DNA of 64,000 nt. Origin: an uncultured bacterium (GTDB taxonomy: Bacteria > Acidobacteriota > Vicinamibacteria > Vicinamibacterales > UBA2999). The notes under the pieces are model-generated. The model saw nothing but the letters and a program-made list of their open reading frames with translations. It was not told the DNA's origin and made no database searches. The stretch is from the NCBI GenBank assembly GCA_963923455.1, contig CAWULT010000010.1, positions 3,537-67,536 on the forward strand. Direction: 5' to 3'. Positions 60,841 to 64,000 of the stretch are shown piece after piece. A program made the translations under genes and the position numbers. Position 1 is the first letter of the stretch; each line of letters starts with the position of its first letter.

Positions 60841-61091
60841 GACAATAGAGCTAAAAATACTAATAAATATCAAATAAACATCCGCATTTTCGACAGAGCG
60901 TCTCCCTCCCCCCTGTCGCCAGACGTCATTGGGTGGGGGCTCAGGCCGCCCCCCTTCTCACCGCAATCTCTGGTTACCCCACCAGACCCGCATTCCGCCC
61001 GCACCCGCCGCCTGAGCCTGATGTCTTAGTCATGACGCACTAGCCTTTATGGCCCATAGGAGGCCTGCAAGAATTCTGGGACCATCTACCC

Positions 61092-61802
61092 ATGCGAAGG
61101 GTGAGACCGACAGTTCAGGGGGAGCCCAGCCGAATGCCTGCGTGGGTGGAGCCGGTCCTGCAAGGTCTTACCTATTGGCTCGGGTATCAGCGAGAGCTCT
61201 ATCCGCATTGGGACCTGACGGAGGGCGCTCTCGCTGCAGAAGCGGTGCGCCTCATGACAACACATCGCCTGGTTGAGAATGGTACGAAGCAGCGCGTTTA
61301 TCTCGAAGTGCCGTACTCGGCGTTGGGACATCCGCCGGAGGGCCGCCGGAGTGGGGACCGACTCGACATTCTGTTGACCACGCGCGACGTCAAGTCCAGA
61401 GACGCGTTCAAGCTCGCGAGTCGTACGCGCCCGCATGCGCGCGTGGCGATCGAGGTCAAACGCAGTCGGGAGTCCACGCGCAGGCTGGCCGCTGATGTCG
61501 AGGGGCTTCTCCGAATCTCAGCGGCCTGCCCATCCTGCCGCACTTTCTTGCTGCTTGTCGGCGAAGCAGGTCCGAGAAACAAACTGTCTTGGGTGCTCAA
61601 TCTGCCCGCGAAGAAGGCGGTGACAGCAAAGCGGGTAGTGGTCGGCACGTGGTCACGACGTCGGCCGACCGAGTTCGAACAGAAACTCAGCAAGGGGGGC
61701 GTACGCGTAGTGAAGCGACGTCTGTGCATGGCTGCGCCGGCGTGGAATTCGAAGGGCACCCACTGGGCTGGCTTGTTCGAGGTCCTCCGCGTCCGAAAGT
61801 AG
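61092..61802 (+). CDS. Hypothetical protein with a PD-(D/E)xK-like nuclease motif
   Basis: ..GDRLDILLTTRD(x22)ARVAIEVKRS.. matches the D...(D/E)xK pattern after a predicted beta-strand. Alternative start ATG 61134 has GGGGGAG upstream. Confidence 0.5.
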   Translation: MRRVRPTVQGEPSRMPAWVEPVLQGLTYWLGYQRELYPHWDLTEGALAAEAVRLMTTHRLVENGTKQRVYLEVPYSALGHPPEGRRSGDRLDILLTTRDVKSRDAFKLASRTRPHARVAIEVKRSRESTRRLAADVEGLLRISAACPSCRTFLLLVGEAGPRNKLSWVLNLPAKKAVTAKRVVVGTWSRRRPTEFEQKLSKGGVRVVKRRLCMAAPAWNSKGTHWAGLFEVLRVRK

Positions 61803-62063
61803 GCACGTCATGCGACCTTTTCATCGCTCATGCCTTTTCGTCCTCGCGACCATGGTGTCCACTGAGTCTGGAAGGAGCGGACTGCCAAAGTGACGGTAGA
61901 ACTAACAGCCCGAAATAACTGCCAGTCTGCTTGGCGCCTTCCTTCGACAAGCGTCAGGGCAAGTTATCGAGTAACTGTGCTCTTGCCCGTCAACACCAGA
62001 AAGTATCTAGCGAGACAGGGTGGCATTCGGTTGTCCGATGATGACCGTCGTGTCATCTTTCTC

Positions 62064-64000
62064 ATGAGAGCCGTCTGGGCTGTCCTGCTGATGATAAGCG
62101 GCTTCTCGGCGCCAGCCTATGGTCAGGTAATCAACAAGTACTCGGAGGTGAAGGTTGATTATGGTTGGTCGCTCTTTATGCAGAACGCCTGGATTGATAC
62201 TGGAATTGCCGAAGAGGAAACAAGCATATCAGTCAACGGCCAGGGTGTTCGTTGGATAACCACCCAGAGCCCATCTAATGGGCGAACATGGCAGGTGACG
62301 CCTGACCTGAGACCGCTGCTGAATGGCGTGTCTGATGTAATTGTCGTCAGGGTCTACAACTGCTCGTGGTCCTGCCTCGACAGAGAAAAATATTGGAGCG
62401 TCGGCTGGAACTTGTGGAATGGTTCAGCCTCAGCAGGAGGTGACTATTGCGGTAAGTGGTATGCGATCACCCCTGGAGATGGTTGTATGTCAGATCGTTC
62501 AACGGGAGTAGTGTATCAACACACCATCGTTCTGAATGGATCGTTGTTGAATGTGTCCCCGAGCTGGTTCGGTTCCGGAAAAAGCGGCGTTAGCTATCCG
62601 GTCACCGTCACAGCAGTTCAAGGGTCTCCTTGGTCGGCTCAGACGAATGAGTCGTGGCTGCACATCAGTCCGGCAAGTGGAACCGGCACTGGCAACGGAC
62701 AAGAGACTGTCATCACAGTAGATCCGAATACCGGCTCTAGCCGAGTGGGCACGGTCGTGTTTGGAGCCAAGACCGTGACGGTTACTCAAGACGGAGTCGG
62801 GGTCAGCCTTACGCCTAGCAGTTGGAGTGTCCCCCCTGACGGCGAGTCCACCTCGGTGTTGCTGACAACAGGCCCACAACTGTCTTGGACTGCATCAAGT
62901 GATGCGAGTTGGCTGACGGTGACCCCTGCAAGCGGGACGGGAAACGGGACCGTGACGCTGACCGCCGCACCTACGGCAAGTGCTCTTGTGCGCACAGCCA
63001 GGGTGACGATTGCGGGGCAAGTCGTGACGGTCACCCAAGCGTCAGGCTCAGCGAGCGTGACACCGACAAATTGGAGTGTTGCTGCCGATGGGGGCGGGTC
63101 ATCCGTTGGGGTGGTGACAAGCCCTCAGACGCTCGCCTGGTCGGCATCAAGTGATGCGAGTTGGCTGACGGTGACCCCTGCAAGCGGGACGGGAAACGGG
63201 ACCGTGACGCTGACCGCCGCACCTACGGCAAGTGCTCTTGTGCGCACAGCCAGGGTGACGATTGCGGGGCAAGTCGTGACGGTCACCCAAGCTCGCGGCA
63301 CGAGCGTGTTGTCGCTAGATGTAGACAGTTGGACCGTTGAATCCCCCGGAGGTAGCACGGTAGTCGGTGTCACGGCGTCGCATGTTGATACTGAGTGGAC
63401 TGCTTCTAGTGATAGTTCCTGGATATTAGTAAGTCCCACGAGCGGCACCGGGAGCGGGGCCGTGACAATTACGGCCGCTTCAACGGCAGCAGGCTCTTCC
63501 CGCAAAGCAACTATCACTATCGCAGGACTGAGCTTTACGGTAATCCAAGAAGACAATTTAACCCTGAGTCGGACGGATTGGAATCCCGGTCCGACTGGGG
63601 GACAAGCTAGTCTGACCGTAACGTCTCAATCAGGCCGTGTGCGGTGGGTGGCCGTTAGCGAGCAGAAGTGGCTGAAGGTATCGGGTCAGTTGTCTGATGA
63701 CTTCGAGACTGACCTGGGACTCTGGGGACGTAATGCGCATGGACAGATCGCAGTCGATCCACTTGATCCCACTAACCATGTCCTGACGTTCTCCGAGGTC
63801 GACTTTGGAGGCGATATCTTCAGCCGAGAGGAATTCCCACCTGGACACTACCTATTGTCGTTTGACTATCGAGGAACAGTAGCACTCGATGGCAGTCCGG
63901 GAGGAGGGTTTATTGGTCTACACGACACGGCGGATCCCCCGAAGACCACCAATCGATGGATTGGTGGCAGCAAAGACGCGGAAGTCTCGTTCATTGATGA
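62064..64000 (+). CDS. Secreted multi-domain protein: Trp/Cys-rich N-domain, about 4.5 BACON-like 84-aa repeats, then the start of a further domain; 3' end outside the window
   Basis: Manual translation; absent from the track because no stop occurs in the window. Signal MRAVWAVLLMISGFSAPAYG. Repeats have the form W(S/T)ASSDASWLTVTPASGTGNGTVTLTAAPTAS..RTARVTIAGQVVTVTQ. An alternative TTG start is at 62031. Confidence 0.8.
   Translation, partial: MRAVWAVLLMISGFSAPAYGQVINKYSEVKVDYGWSLFMQNAWIDTGIAEEETSISVNGQGVRWITTQSPSNGRTWQVTPDLRPLLNGVSDVIVVRVYNCSWSCLDREKYWSVGWNLWNGSASAGGDYCGKWYAITPGDGCMSDRSTGVVYQHTIVLNGSLLNVSPSWFGSGKSGVSYPVTVTAVQGSPWSAQTNESWLHISPASGTGTGNGQETVITVDPNTGSSRVGTVVFGAKTVTVTQDGVGVSLTPSSWSVPPDGESTSVLLTTGPQLSWTASSDASWLTVTPASGTGNGTVTLTAAPTASALVRTARVTIAGQVVTVTQASGSASVTPTNWSVAADGGGSSVGVVTSPQTLAWSASSDASWLTVTPASGTGNGTVTLTAAPTASALVRTARVTIAGQVVTVTQARGTSVLSLDVDSWTVESPGGSTVVGVTASHVDTEWTASSDSSWILVSPTSGTGSGAVTITAASTAAGSSRKATITIAGLSFTVIQEDNLTLSRTDWNPGPTGGQASLTVTSQSGRVRWVAVSEQKWLKVSGQLSDDFETDLGLWGRNAHGQIAVDPLDPTNHVLTFSEVDFGGDIFSREEFPPGHYLLSFDYRGTVALDGSPGGGFIGLHDTADPPKTTNRWIGGSKDAEVSFID
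62892..63040 (+). repeat. Copy 1 of a 149-bp perfect direct repeat inside the BACON-repeat gene
   Basis: Identical to 63144-63292 (offset 252 nt = 84 codons), compared base by base by eye. Confidence 0.85.
63144..63292 (+). repeat. Copy 2 of the 149-bp perfect direct repeat
   Basis: See copy 1. Confidence 0.85.

Larger units (their letters stand above)
57854..64000. mobile_element. Integrated element (genomic island or integrative element) inserted at the 3' side of tRNA-Pro; its right end lies beyond the window
   Basis: The tyrosine integrase gene starts 70 nt after the tRNA. From here on there is a visible drop in G+C and a change in codon style. The content is RepA-like ATPase, iterons, and orphan genes. 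No second copy of the tRNA 3' end was seen inside the window. Confidence 0.7.

Noticed and set aside
62892-63292. Possible diversity-generating retroelement (template/variable repeat pair)
   Set aside because: The two 149-bp copies are identical, with no adenine-specific mismatches. Both lie in frame in the same gene as domain repeats, and no reverse transcriptase is visible in the window.
57854-64000. attR (second copy of the tRNA-Pro 3' end) inside the window
   Set aside because: I scanned by eye for GGTTCGAATCCAGTCGCCCCG-like sequence downstream of the tRNA and found none. The island boundary must lie beyond 64000, so its size cannot be stated.

Overview
High-G+C bacterial chromosome segment (G+C judged by eye, not computed) that ends in a lower-G+C integrated element. 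The gene content suggests an Acidobacteriota- or Gemmatimonadota-like soil bacterium: CarboxypepD_reg-type TonB-dependent receptor, DUF6152, YpdA-type reductase, Tes-like radical SAM and Tad pili. This taxonomic call is inference only.

The ORF track has three limits here:
- In nearly every real gene it also reports long antisense or out-of-frame shadow ORFs.
- It omits ORFs shorter than 60 aa.
- It omits ORFs that run off the window edge.
I chose frames by family-level motif recognition, G/C at third codon positions, start/stop coupling (ATGA/GTGA overlaps) and Shine-Dalgarno sequences.

Layout of the window:
- 0-8 kb: Lon-N-domain protein, YpdA-like reductase, and gltD-gltB (glutamate synthase).
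- 8.2-12.6 kb: a COG1964/Tes-like radical SAM enzyme, 1-Cys peroxiredoxin, SDR, and a Ni/Co-transporter-like membrane protein.
- 12.6-23.7 kb (minus strand): one long Tad/Flp pilus operon, flp-flp-cpaA-cpaB-cpaC-cpaE-cpaF-tadB-tadC, followed by a wHTH-AAA+ ATPase and a SPOR-domain protein. A consensus sigma-54 promoter lies in front of it.
- 24.3-27.6 kb: a small membrane protein translationally coupled to a 1007-aa very acidic protein with a pseudo-receiver N-terminus.
- 27.6-31.5 kb (minus strand): tadE-tadE-tadG(vWA) with a second sigma-54-like promoter, then folE and a secreted protein.
- 31.9-36 kb: small-molecule catabolism-type enzymes (FAH, SnoaL-like, enol-lactonase-like, flavin-reductase-like, M20 peptidase).
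- 36.2-41.5 kb: a TonB-dependent receptor plus a three-gene secreted-protein operon that includes DUF6152.
- 41.7-47.2 kb: TPR/PMT_2-like membrane protein, lipoprotein alpha/beta hydrolase, and an ABC-2 exporter pair.
- 47.5-55.1 kb: LTA-synthase-like and CDP-alcohol phosphatidyltransferase genes, divergent from an uncharacterised tailoring cluster (BchC-like MDR dehydrogenase, degenerate PTPS/QueD-fold protein, GT4, two methyltransferases, RibD_C reductase).
- 55.2-57.7 kb: DUF1499, PQQ sugar dehydrogenase, and a hypothetical protein.
- 57,777-57,853: tRNA-Pro(UGG).
- 57.9-64 kb: an integrated element with a tyrosine integrase, an orphan gene, a RepA/AAA_25-like ATPase, an 11-bp-phased iteron array with an AT-rich tract, a PD-(D/E)xK-like orphan, and a 3'-truncated secreted BACON-repeat protein.

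I saw no rRNA genes and no CRISPR array.

The best candidates for something undescribed are:
- the tailoring cluster at 49.9-55.1 kb;
- the acidic pseudo-receiver protein next to the sigma-54-driven Tad locus;
- the AAA+/SPOR pair at the end of the Tad operon;
- the tRNA-Pro island modules.

None of these can be proven from sequence alone.
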